DNA of 64,000 nucleotides, from NCBI GenBank assembly GCA_964106645.2, contig OZ067041.1; one strand, written 5' to 3'. Positions 13,603 through 24,620 of this stretch are shown here, piece after piece; position 1 is the stretch's first letter, and each line of letters begins with the position of its first letter. Made by a program: the position numbers and the translations under genes. The DNA is from Podarcis pityusensis. Taxonomy: Eukaryota. The notes beneath the pieces are model-generated. The model had not been told where the DNA came from, ran no database searches, and saw nothing but the letters and a program-made list of their open reading frames with translations.

Positions 13603-14300
13603 ACTGCCTCCGAAAGTGGAGATAAAATATAGCCACCAGAGTTGGTAGCCTTATCCTCCACAAATTTGTCTAATCCTCTTTTAAAACCATCCAAGTTGGT
13701 GGCTGTAACTATATCTTGTGCGAGCAAATTCCTTGGTTTTCCTTGTGCTGTGTGAATAAGTACTTTATTTTTTATTTTTTCCTGGTCTGAATCTTCCAAC
13801 ACTCAGCTTCATTGGATCCAGCTCAGCTGTTGCTCTGTGGAGAGTGAGTCACAATTCAACAACAACAACAAAAAACACAACATATTGCCTGCTGCCAGAA
13901 CATATAATAAGCCCAAACTCCTTAACCTCTTTGTACGCTGGAATTGCAGCCTCACCTTTCAGGGGGTTTACTTACTATTTGAGGGTACCTTTACTTCTCT
14001 CCACAGGTACACAAACTCTAGTGATTGCAGGCTAGGCAATAACCCATTACTGACATCAGTTCCTCCCTCTTCAGAATAAAAAGGAGGGGGAGCTAGAAAG
14101 GCATTAGAGGTAAAGACACCGTACTGGTAAGATATTTCTGGCCAGGAGGACAGCAGTTGTTGTTCTAAATCCCAGCATGATCTGTGTCATGCCTTTAGTG
14201 TTCATTCTCCTGCAGCTGGGGCACAGAACTGCTGCTGGATATTTACAGGTATTTAAAAGGGTATCATACCTGTAAAGATATACCTGCAAAGGGTATATTA

Positions 14301-14653
14301 TGGGGTGTGGGTGGCGCTGTGGGTTAAACCACAGAGCCTAGGGCTTGCTGATCGGAAGGTCGGCAGTTCGAATCCCCGCAACAGGGTGAACTCCTGTTGC
14401 TCGGTCCCTGCTCCTGCCAACCTAGCAGTTCTAAAGCATGTCAAAGTGCAAGTAGATAAATAGGTACCACTCCGGTGGGAAGATAAACGGCATTTCTGTG
14501 CACTGCTCTGGTTCGCCAGAAGCGGCTTAGTCATGCTGGCCACATGACCTGGAAGCTGTACGCCGGCTTCCTCAGCCAATAAAGCGAGATGAGTGCCACA
14601 ACCCTAGAGTTGGCCACGACTGGACCTAATGGTCAAGGGTCCCTTTACCTTTT
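14301..14653 (+). mobile_element. Sauria SINE
   Basis: Same body as the 12211 copy. Flanking AAAGGGTATA duplication. Confidence 0.9.
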
Positions 14654-15164
14654 AAAAGGGTATAATATTGTGCTGCCATTGAGGATGCAATCTGCAGTAG
14701 CAATGTGCGTGACAAACCAGGGATGTTCCTGGAGTTCAGCAATCGGATGCAGAATTTACCAGCCATCTCTTCCTCTTACACCATTGTTTTTAAAGTCATG
14801 ATGGAATACAAGTATTTCCAGATCTTTCCTGTTCTCCACGCTTAAGCCATCAAAAAGTGTCCGTCCTTCTGTGAATTAAGCCATATCCATCTCGGTTTTG
14901 TGCGGCTTTCAGTTCGCTTTTCTAAACAGCTACCCATATCCCAACTTAGCACTTTAGCCTTGAGTCAGCTTCCAACACAAAACCAAGAAAATACCATGAG
15001 ATCCAGCCATCTTAACTTCCTTTGCTGACCAATAAAAACAAGTGCGAAGAATCGAGGATATTTAGGTTCTGCATTATAGTTCCCAGGACCACTAGAAAGC
15101 CAGTCCTGCAATTCAAATTGGCTGGCAGAGTCATCACAATCTAGCAGCTAAAGTGATGGGTTTG

Positions 15165-15306
15165 AATCATAGAACTGTAGAACTGGAAGGGACCACCAAG
15201 GTCATCTAGTCCAACCCCAGCAATACAGGAACCTTTTGTCCAATGTGAGGCTTCAACCCCTGACCCTCATATTAAAAGTCCCATGCTCTCCCAATTGAGC
15301 TATCCC
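15165..15306 (-). mobile_element. tRNA-Lys-derived SINE with CR1-type tail
   Basis: Minus strand GGATAGCTCAATTGGGAGAGCATGGGACTTTTAAT... followed by GGTCCCTTCCAGTTCTACAGTTCTATGATT. Confidence 0.75.
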
Positions 15307-15760
15307 TCTCACATGTTCTGGAAGATCCAAGTACAGATTCTTCTGGCTTCACTGTTGACGCATTGGACAAACATTAACATTTATGGTAACACTCACCTGC
15401 TTAGATGTTGGTGAGTTCCAAGTCCCATCAGTTCCGGCCAGCATGGCCAATGCGCAGGGAATATGGGAGTTGTAGTCCTCCAAAATCTGCTGATCAGAGA
15501 TACTCCATCCCTGTCTTAGATGTATCTAAGACGTGAACCCTCAACAGCATAACAGAAAGACTGATTCTGTCATTGCCCTCACCTTCGGTTAGAGTTGCTT
15601 CAATTCAACATGTATACAGTTCAGTATTTAGCCCCTAGCTCTTTCTTAGCCTGCAATCAATCACTTACTTAGGAAATGCACATTGGGGAATCATGTATGG
15701 TTGTGGCTTCCTGCAGCGTGTTTCTGCTGTGTACTTTGTGCAAAAATACCTCCCACGGAA

Positions 15761-16170
15761 AATCATAGAATTGTAGAATTGGAAGGGACCCCGAGTGTAA
15801 TCTAGTCCAACCCTCTGCAATGCAGGAATCTCAACTAAAGCATCCAAGACAGATGGCCACCCAACCTCTGCTTAAAAACCTCCAAGGAAGGAGAGTCCAC
15901 AACCTCCCGAAGGAGTCCATTCCACCGTCAAACAGCTCTTACTGTCAGAAAGTTCTTCTTGATGTTTAGCTGGAATCTCCTTTCTTGTAACTTGAAGCCA
16001 TTGGTTCGTGTCCTACCCTCCACAGCAGGAGAAACAAGCTCGCCCCCCTCTTCCATGTGACAGCCCTTGAGATATTTGAAGATGGCTATCATATCTCCTC
16101 TCAGTCTTCTCTTTTCCAGGCTGAACATACCCTGCTCCTTCAACCGCTCCTCATAAGGCTTGGTTTCCAG
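15761..16170 (-). mobile_element. CR1 LINE 3' fragment (ORF2 C-terminus and 3' UTR)
   Basis: FSLEKRRLRGDMIAIFKYLKGCH...RTRTNGFKLQERRFQLNIKKNFLTVRAV plus an ATTCTATGATT tail. Confidence 0.92.
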
Positions 16171-16203
16171 ACACCATCTACAACCACCTCACATATCATA
16201 GAG

Positions 16204-16652
16204 TCATGGAACTTTGAAGTGTCAGGCATAGCCCTATTGGCTTTAGCCCAAACGTAGCAGAGTTTTCCTGCACAGCGAGGAAGCTAGTTGCGGCGGTAAT
16301 GACTAGTCAGCTAGACTCAGAATAACTATTTACAGGATTTATTAAAAGGAAAAATAAAACCAGCAGAGTTTCTGCATACAAATCAAAGCAAAATAAATCC
16401 TTTCTTTCTCTCTCTCTCTCATAACCATACACAGCACTTCTAACTCCTTCTCCTAACACACCTAACACCAAACTGTGCTAGCATTCCCAGATAACAGAGT
16501 TGAGTGCTGGTCGTTAACCAATCAGAGTAAGTAGTTTCTAGGTCAAGCAGACCTTGGCTTTCTGCCAAGAGTAAATTGACACTGCCTTGAGTTAATTGTG
16601 TGAAGCCAGAATCTGCAAGTTCCCATGAGAATCAATTAACAGAAACTGAACA
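16204..16652 (-). repeat. 3' LTR of the copia element
   Basis: Direct repeat of 20927-21375. Minus-strand AATAAA at 16338-16343. Confidence 0.96.
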
Positions 16653-16659
16653 CCCCCTC
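16653..16659 (-). other. Polypurine tract of the copia element
   Basis: Minus strand GAGGGGG directly before the TGTTCAG start of the 3' LTR. Confidence 0.75.
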
Positions 16660-16706
16660 ACAGATTCTGCTGGACAATTAACATCAAATAACACCTATGT
16701 AGGAGA

Positions 16707-19700
16707 TTATTTTTCCAGCAAACCTAAACCCTTGCACATTTGCTTGTTCTTTATCTTTGCCAATGGTTTAGTTAATACATCTGCTACATTTTCTTCACTT
16801 GATACATAAGTACATATGATTATATTGTCTTGTACACAGCAACGTACATTTTGGTATTTTACAGAGATATGTTTGGAACGTGATTTGAAACCCTCTGTTT
16901 TACTTAAGGCTATACAAGCTTGATTATCAATGTAAACTTGTACTGGTTCTCCACAATTTACATTTAAATCTGCTAGCAAATGCTTGAAATAAATCACCTC
17001 GTTGCACAATTCACTCAATGCGGCGTACTCTGATTCCGTTGATGACACACTTACAACGTCTTGCTTGCGTGACCGCCAGCTGATTAAAGCTCCACCAACC
17101 ATTATGACTAGTCCTGTGACAGATTTTCTATCTGGCAAATTTCCCCAGTCACTATCACAGTAGCAACTCAACATTTCGTCCTCGGAAGAATTTAATTGTA
17201 ACAAATAGCCAATTGTCTGTTTGAGGTATCTCAGAACTTGTTTTACCCCTTTCCAGGCATTTAGTGTGGGTTTTGAGACCAATCTACTTAATATGCCTAC
17301 TGCGTAGCTAATATCAGGTCTGGACCACTGTGCTAGATATAATAAACTTCCAATTACAGAGTGATATACATCAGGATGTTCAAATTCAGGACTCTCATCT
17401 ATATGAAGTGTTTTTATGAAACCTGGATCCATAGGCACCGCTGCCCCTTTGCAATCCTGCATCCTGTATGTAGTCAGTAGCTGTTTAACTTTGTTCTGCT
17501 GACTAATTAGGCAGCTGCCATCTTGGGCCCAGCACACTTCCAACCCTAGATATGTCCTAACCGGGCCTAAGTCCTTCACTTTGAACTTACTGGACAATTG
17601 CTTGGCAAACCTTTTAGTTTGTTTATCTGTTTTGCAGGCATACAATACATCATCTACATAAATCAGACAAAACTCTTGATCACTGCCTGTACCACGTACA
17701 TAAACACAATTGTCAGCTGTACTCTGCTTAAAACCAAATGACACTAAGGCCTCATGGAAACATTTGTTCCAAGATCTTGCAGCCTGTTTGAGACCATATA
17801 GAGCTTTGTTTAATTTCAACACTCTATTGGAACCTGTCTCATAACCAGGCGGTTCGGCTAGATACAGGTCTTCTGATATTGATGCATGTAAATATGCAGT
17901 CTGGATATCAAAATGGTTTAACAGGAGTTTTCTCTTTGCTCCAAGTGTTAGAATCAGCCTTACACTGTCCCCCTTAGCAGTAGGGGAAAAAGTTTCGTCA
18001 TAATCTTTTCCAGGCCTCTGAGAATATCCTTGAGCCACTAAACGAGCTTTGTATTTGTACTTTCCTGTCACCAGAGGTTTAAGTTTGTACACCCACCTGC
18101 AGCCTACAATCTTTGCCCCCTCAGGCGCTGCTACTGGTGTAAAAACCTTGTGCTCATTCAGAGAGGACATCTCTTCCTCCATTGCCTGTTTCCAGAGCTC
18201 TGCCTCCTCTTTTGGTAACTTTAACACCTCCTGAAAACTCTTGGGCTCTGCAATTACACTAAACACATTTGCAGTATCTGGAGAAAAACGCACCGGAGGC
18301 ACTCCTTTGTTTTGTCTTTTAGATCTTCTGGGAGAAAATTTTTCTTCTGACCCACTTTCCTCCTCAGAACTACGACCTCTCTTTTGCTGCTTAGCAACTG
18401 GTCTCTGGCTAACTCCACTTTCTTGAGAGCTCTTATCTGAACTTTCCTCCCCCTCAGACTTTGATTCTCTGTGTCTACCTTCAGAGTCATGGAGCTCCTG
18501 GGAAGGTTCAAACCAAACCTCAGTATTGGCATGTAGTCTCTCCCAGCCACTATGTTCACAAAAACTGGCATTCCTGGAGATCACAATGCCATTTGTCCCT
18601 TCAGCAAAGCGGAAACCTTTTCCCAGCTCCTGGTAACCCACAAACACTAACTGTTTGGTCTTAGGATCTCCCTTCTTTCTCATTTGTTTCGGAATTAATA
18701 CCCAGGCTTTTGATCCAAACACATGCAAATGGTCAATTTTAGGTTTTTTCTGAAACAATTTAAAGTACGGGGTTGTACCTATTGTTTGATGAAAGAGCCT
18801 ATTTTGGAGATAACACGCGGTGAGCATACTCTCCCCCCAATAAGACATGGGCAAATCAGCATCATCAAGCATGGCAAACATCATATCTTGTAAAGATCTG
18901 TTTTTTCGCTCTGCAACGCCATTCTCCTCTGGGGAAAAAACGTTTGTTTTTCTATGCCCAATGCCACGCTTTTGTAACCAATCTCTAAAGGCATTTGACA
19001 TAAATTCGCCACCTCTGTCCGTCTGAATCCTTCTGAGTTTAATGGACAGAAATCTTTCCACAGATGCCACCCAGCCTTTAAACTTAGTGAACACGTCACC
19101 CTTATTTTTCATGGGAAAAACCCAAGAGTAACGTGTGGCGTCATCCACAATTGTTAGTGAAAAACGCGCTCCACCCCTGCTTACAGCAAATGGACCAATT
19201 ACGTCCATGTGAACCAGCTGTAGCGGTGACTCACTAACTCTGTCACTTCTGGGGTAAGAGACTCTGTGGGTTTTAACCTTTTTACAAACATTACAATCAA
19301 GGTACTTGTTACAACTCTTTAAATTACCCCCATCAGCCAATTCAGACATTTTTAGTACACTTTTCCAGCAAGCATGCCCCATTTTCCTATGCAATAAGTG
19401 CACACAGTTGTCATGTATAGCTTTGTTATTCACTGCAGGCTGAGATTTACTGACTACTGCTGCAACTTGAGATCCTGCTTTAAGCCAAAACAAGCCTCCC
19501 TCTGACTTAGCAGTGCCTAAAATCTCACCAGCCTTCTTAATAATGCAACTGTCTCCTTCAAAATACACTTTAAACCCAGCTTTTAGCAAACAATCTACAG
19601 ACATCAGATTGCTCCTTAATGAAGGCACACAAAGTACATTTTGCAGGCATTCACGAAGACAAGGAACAAAAACTGCACCCCCCGAAATCACTTCGGAAGT

Positions 19701-20669
19701 ACTTCCGTCTGCTAGAGCCACCTGGCTGCGCTGTGCTGAGTTCTTGGAAACAAACAATTCATCTGAATTTACGATGTGCCGAGACGCTCCAGAATCGACC
19801 ACCCAGACAGCTTGTTTCTCATCAGCAATCTTGACCTCGGCGGTCACCAGCTGAGCCGACTGTTTTTGTTTGAAGAATTTCTTTTTACGCTGCTGCTGCT
19901 GCTGATCTCGTCTCTGCTCCTGCACCGGCAACTGAGACTTGACCAACTCCGGACATTGTCGTTTTAGATGCGCTGAAGACCCACATCGGAAACAACGCCT
20001 AACAGCAAACGCTGACTCCTCACCAGTACGCTGCTTTTGCTTCACCTCTGGCACGGCATGAGAACTCCTTCCAAACCGTCCACCTGTAGAAGCCTCTGCA
20101 GCCAACGACCTTTCTTGCCTCTTCTGCCATTCTTCAATCAAACGCCCAGTAACGTAACTGACTGATAAATCACGCTCCTGTATGCCTTCTAGAGACAAAA
20201 CTAAATTATCCCAGCTTTCCGGGAGAGAACTCAAAATAATAGCCACCTTCTCCTGCTGGTCTAACGCACAGTCTCTTTCCTGTAGCGCAGCGAACTTTAA
20301 CTGTAAACTGTGTAGGTGTTCCTGCATTGTAACCCCAGGCTGTAACATTGCCTTGTACAATGCCTTGCGAATGAACAGCTTGGAAACCGTTGTCTCACGC
20401 ACATGGAGTTCTTTAAGTGCTTGCCACACACCTCTAGCTGTCTTGATTCCCCTCACATACGGCAACTGGGAATCTTCCAGCCCCAAGACAATTGTGGCCC
20501 TTGCTCTTTGGTCTTTATCGAGGTCTTCATCATCAGGCTTCGCAGGAAACTTACTCACCACTTGCCAGAGACGATCCCTCTGCAGCACTGCCTGCATGCG
20601 TTCCGACCACAGCAAGTAATTGGAGTCATTCAGACGCTCAAAAACCATCTGAACTGGTTGTGAGGCCAT
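16707..20669 (-). CDS. Ty1/copia Gag-Pol polyprotein, 1320 aa
   Basis: Gag N-terminus FERLNDSNYLLW; zinc knuckle CFRCGSSAHLKRQC; protease WVVDSGASRH; integrase HHCC and DDE (LVHMDVIGP, TDRGGEF, NGVAERKN); RT (YKARLVAQG, LYGLKQAARSW, YVDD); RNase H (CDSDW, ESEY, IDNQ, ADVLTK). No stops or frameshifts. Confidence 0.97.
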   Translation of the reverse strand: MASQPVQMVFERLNDSNYLLWSERMQAVLQRDRLWQVVSKFPAKPDDEDLDKDQRARATIVLGLEDSQLPYVRGIKTARGVWQALKELHVRETTVSKLFIRKALYKAMLQPGVTMQEHLHSLQLKFAALQERDCALDQQEKVAIILSSLPESWDNLVLSLEGIQERDLSVSYVTGRLIEEWQKRQERSLAAEASTGGRFGRSSHAVPEVKQKQRTGEESAFAVRRCFRCGSSAHLKRQCPELVKSQLPVQEQRRDQQQQQRKKKFFKQKQSAQLVTAEVKIADEKQAVWVVDSGASRHIVNSDELFVSKNSAQRSQVALADGSTSEVISGGAVFVPCLRECLQNVLCVPSLRSNLMSVDCLLKAGFKVYFEGDSCIIKKAGEILGTAKSEGGLFWLKAGSQVAAVVSKSQPAVNNKAIHDNCVHLLHRKMGHACWKSVLKMSELADGGNLKSCNKYLDCNVCKKVKTHRVSYPRSDRVSESPLQLVHMDVIGPFAVSRGGARFSLTIVDDATRYSWVFPMKNKGDVFTKFKGWVASVERFLSIKLRRIQTDRGGEFMSNAFRDWLQKRGIGHRKTNVFSPEENGVAERKNRSLQDMMFAMLDDADLPMSYWGESMLTACYLQNRLFHQTIGTTPYFKLFQKKPKIDHLHVFGSKAWVLIPKQMRKKGDPKTKQLVFVGYQELGKGFRFAEGTNGIVISRNASFCEHSGWERLHANTEVWFEPSQELHDSEGRHRESKSEGEESSDKSSQESGVSQRPVAKQQKRGRSSEEESGSEEKFSPRRSKRQNKGVPPVRFSPDTANVFSVIAEPKSFQEVLKLPKEEAELWKQAMEEEMSSLNEHKVFTPVAAPEGAKIVGCRWVYKLKPLVTGKYKYKARLVAQGYSQRPGKDYDETFSPTAKGDSVRLILTLGAKRKLLLNHFDIQTAYLHASISEDLYLAEPPGYETGSNRVLKLNKALYGLKQAARSWNKCFHEALVSFGFKQSTADNCVYVRGTGSDQEFCLIYVDDVLYACKTDKQTKRFAKQLSSKFKVKDLGPVRTYLGLEVCWAQDGSCLISQQNKVKQLLTTYRMQDCKGAAVPMDPGFIKTLHIDESPEFEHPDVYHSVIGSLLYLAQWSRPDISYAVGILSRLVSKPTLNAWKGVKQVLRYLKQTIGYLLQLNSSEDEMLSCYCDSDWGNLPDRKSVTGLVIMVGGALISWRSRKQDVVSVSSTESEYAALSELCNEVIYFKHLLADLNVNCGEPVQVYIDNQACIALSKTEGFKSRSKHISVKYQNVRCCVQDNIIICTYVSSEENVADVLTKPLAKIKNKQMCKGLGLLEK

Positions 20670-20902
20670 CTTGAGAGCGATGTCCCTGGAACCCGGAACC
20701 AGCTACTCACGACCACCGAGAGAGAAAACAGGAACCACAGCACCCAGCACTCACACGCTGCAGCTGTTGTCCTTGTGTCCACTGCGTCACCAGCTCACCA
20801 CAGTCAGGAACCAGCCAGTGTCCATCTGCTGCACCAACAGGAACAACAACTTCTGGAACTACTGGAACCAACACCGTTGATGCTGACACCACCACAACTC
20901 AG

Positions 20903-20926
20903 GCTGGCAGCACAATGCCCATAACC
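20903..20926 (-). other. Primer binding site complementary to the anticodon region of initiator tRNA-Met (half-tRNA type)
   Basis: Minus strand GGTTATGGGC directly after the 5' LTR, then a 9-nt insert, then CCAGC. Drosophila copia has GGTTATGGGCCCAG. Confidence 0.8.
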
Positions 20927-21375
20927 TCATGGAACTTTGAAGTGTCAGGCATAGCCCTATTGGCTTTAGCCCAAACGTAGCAGAGTTTTCCTGCACAGCG
21001 AGGAAGCTAGTTGCGGCGGTAATGACTAGTCAGCTAGACTCAGAATAACTATTTACAGGATTTATTAAAAGGAAAAATAAAACCAGCAGAGTTTCTGCAT
21101 ACAAATCAAAGCAAAATAAATCCTTTCTTTCTCTCTCTCTCTCATAACCATACACAGCACTTCTAACTCCTTCTCCTAACACACCTAACACCAAACTGTG
21201 CTAGCATTCCCAGATAACAGAGTTGAGTGCTGGTCGTTAACCAATCAGAGTAAGTAGTTTCTAGGTCAAGCAGACCTTGGCTTTCTGCCAAGAGTAAATT
21301 GACACTGCCTTGAGTTAATTGTGTGAAGCCAGAATCTGCAAGTTCCCATGAGAATCAATTAACAGAAACTGAACA
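20927..21375 (-). repeat. 5' LTR of the copia element
   Basis: Matches 16204-16652 and is followed by the PBS. Confidence 0.96.
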
Positions 21376-23027
21376 TAGAGTAGAATTGTGCCCATGTTTA
21401 AATAAATAAATACGTCAAATCTTTCCCTTCTACTGCCAGGTGCAAAGCATTCTTCAGAGTTGTCTGCTCCATACTTTCAGTATAGGTTGCAGAAGGAAAT
21501 ATATATGAGATCCACCAGTACTTTGAACAGTATATTATGAAGAAATTGCAGTGATACTGAGGAAGCAGAAATCAAGGGGAAAGTAGCCTTAAGCTCAGCG
21601 ATGTTTAGCTAGACCTTAGCCAGACACTCTGTGCCTGATTCATTGACCCCGCTCCAATCTGTGATGGTCACCACTTGAAAATCAAATCTGGAAGGGCTAT
21701 TTCTGTTTCCAATAGATGATTCATGCCTTTATATTCAAACTCATTCTAATTAATGCTCAAGACTGAATAAAATTACCATAGCATATGAGTGTCTGAAAAA
21801 TGATATTATATAGTTTGATAGCCAATTTAACATTTGCTCCATATTATAAATTGATGCGGCATTCTGGCATCTGACAAACCACCACTACCAGGTTTTTAAA
21901 ACAATTTCTGAAAAATTGAATTAAACAGTATTCCTTTTATTAAAAAAATGCAAAAGCAGGCCACTTTTCCTACTGAAGTGTCTAGAAAAAAGGACTCTCC
22001 TGATTGCAATACTATCTTCTCCACTAATGCAGAGAATATTTGAAATGTTTTAAAATTAGCTATCATTTCTTTATTGCACTCCTGGTTCTGAACTCAAGAG
22101 CTCCAAGACTCAGTTTCTCTAAGTCTCAGTTAGTTTTAGAAAATGCCTCTTCCAATCCTTTCCCCAGCCCAGTCCATTAGACTAATGAAACAGAAATGAT
22201 CTTGTATCTGTTTTCTTAGGTAAATCAAAGCCATAATTGGTGATAATTCCTTATCCCCTAAATTGATTGTTTTGCTTTTTAATTACATAAAATGTATATA
22301 CCTCTTGGTTGTAGAAAGGCAAAACAAAACTTCTCAACATGGCTTGGGTAGATTTTCTGGTTGGCTGACTGGAATTTTTATCACATAGCCATCAATCCTG
22401 AATGCCTTTACTAGGGAGTAAGCCCCACAGAACAGAATGGGACTTGATTTTCAGTAAACATATATTGGATTGCACAGCAAACTGTGTACTTGGACCATCT
22501 AAATTAAATTTGATTGGATTTACCAAGTTACACTTGGGACTACGTAAATCTGCCCTCTGTTTGTCAATACTACTAGAACCTTGAAAGATAATATCCGTGT
22601 AACAATCAATAAAACTCAATGATTCGATTCCTTCTGAAGCCGTGAAGGGCATCCCTGTCCGAGTCAAAATAGACCGTAACAGTTTTAACTGTATTAAGTG
22701 AGAAATTCAATTTACCATTAGAAGGAGCTATAAGGCACTTTCTTGACTGCGTAGATCAAGGAAGTTGGTCATAGCTAGAGATGAGAAAAGGGCAAATGAT
22801 CACAAGCTGAATAAATGATTCCTTCTGTCTCTGGATTTTTTTGAATAACTTTTGTATCAAGCTGCTATTACAGTAAGAATGCCCTGGATACCATGAGTAT
22901 CCAAAGTAAGGGTGCTTCTTGATGGCACACATAAACACAACCCACAACCCCCACAGTCTTGGTTAATCCTTGTCCACCTAGGGATGGTGGATAAATTAAA
23001 TTCAGTTCAATTTTAAAGGTGAACTTA

Positions 23028-23607
23028 TGCTAGAGGAAGGTGCCAGGGGCAGGTCAGTAATAACTCACACGGCCTGAGCAAAGTCAAAGAAACAAACAGC
23101 TAAGGAGACCTAGTGAGCCCAGCAACTCCTCCCAGTAGATCTTGCCCCAACGAGGCAGTTGTGAAGACTGAAGGTCCCCACTTTCCCACAGTTTCCTAAG
23201 CCTCCTCCTCCTACTCCAGGTCCTTCCCAAGCAATCTGGTCTATCTTTGCTCTTCCCTCTTTATACCTCTTTGTCTTCTGGGAGACCACAGGGGAGTGGA
23301 ACTGGGCACCCCAGGAGGGGGAGACTCCCTGGCTTCTTCAGCCTCTCTACCTCTTGGTGCCCCTTCTCTCCAGCCTCCACTTCTGCCTCCGATTCTGGAC
23401 TGCTCTCCACCACAGCCCCTTCCTGCTCACTAAGCCCTGTTACCGCTTCAGCTTCCAACACTTCCTCCTCCCAGTCTGCTCCCTCTTCTCCCTTTGACCA
23501 CTCATCACTGTCCCACCACCAACCCCCTAACTCTGAGCCTTCTTCCCTTGGGGGCTTCCCAGCTGGTGCCTCTGACCTACTCCTCTGCATCCAGACAGTC
23601 CATGACA
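23028..23607 (-). mobile_element. Probable solo LTR, purine-rich
   Basis: Minus strand starts TGTCATGGACTG, similar in style to 50522-50981. Left boundary and TSD are uncertain. Confidence 0.45.
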
Positions 23608-24579
23608 CCAGCTCTTTCTCACATGACTGGATGTCTCTGTGTACCGTGCACCAAATTGCAGCCGGCAAGATCTACCGGGACATGTTGCTGTGCTCACTAG
23701 AGTTTGCTGCGTTTCCTTGAATAAAGAGTTAGCTTCACTGACTGCGTGTGATTTATTGCCAACTTTCTCCTGTCTACTGAATGAACAACTGCAACCGCAA
23801 AAGGTGCAAACCATTTCGTATACAGTTTGTGGAAGGACCTCTAAACGGCTATGCACCGTTGCTCTACAAAGCTGTTAATGTTTCGTGAATAGACTTACAC
23901 CGAAGGTAAATTTTGTACCATGCTTATAATAAAGTGTGGGCCATTGATATAAATGCAAGGCGGCAGCAGAGGAAATAGGCATAAAAATATGTTGATTGCA
24001 GTGGCTTGAGTTAACTATCTAACTTAGAACAATCCTCCCTCCATAATGTAGGAGGACAGGGCACCTACTTGATAAATGGGTGCATAGTTAAAGATAAAAA
24101 GAAAGTAGCTTGTAGGCTGATGAATGCAGCTAAGCAGATTAACATAAATATATTACTTGAATAGATCATCAGATCCAATACATCTGAGCTGATGTAGTTG
24201 GATTCAGTTTAAGCATATAATTACACAGCACAGCCCCAAGTGATTATAAAACAGATTGTTATAACTTGTAGGGGCTGGAGGAATAATGACAAATGCTCCT
24301 TGCCGCAGAATAAATATGCTGGTATTCTGTTGTATCGATTACCTTTCAAGGGAAGTACGCCACCCATGAAATTCTGGGAGAAATGCTCTATGGGCAGAGA
24401 AACATTTGACTTTGTTATTAATAACAAAAAGCACTCTCCAGTGATTCATGGTTCCTTTCCTATATTTCTTACTCAATAATGTAGTCACATATTGGTTTGA
24501 GAACCTTTATTTGCAACCCAGAATTCCATGTAATTCTCAGGCCCTTCCATGTAAGCTGCAGCGATGCTCCTGGCAGGTG

Positions 24580-24620
24580 GTGTGTGTGTGTGTGTGTGTG
24601 TGTTGTGTGTGTGTGTGTGT
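24580..24620. repeat. Interrupted (GT)n microsatellite
   Basis: Direct reading. Confidence 0.9.

Larger units (their letters stand above)
16204..21375 (-). mobile_element. Full-length, apparently intact Ty1/copia LTR retrotransposon
   Basis: Two 449-bp LTRs (16204-16652 and 20927-21375) with no differences seen by eye. 5-bp TSD TAGAG (16199-16203 and 21376-21380), PBS, PPT and a single gag-pol ORF in copia order PR-IN-RT-RH. Confidence 0.97.

Noticed and set aside
20707-20895. Upstream ORF in the copia leader
   Set aside because: GTG start, GT-rich low-complexity sequence and no motif.
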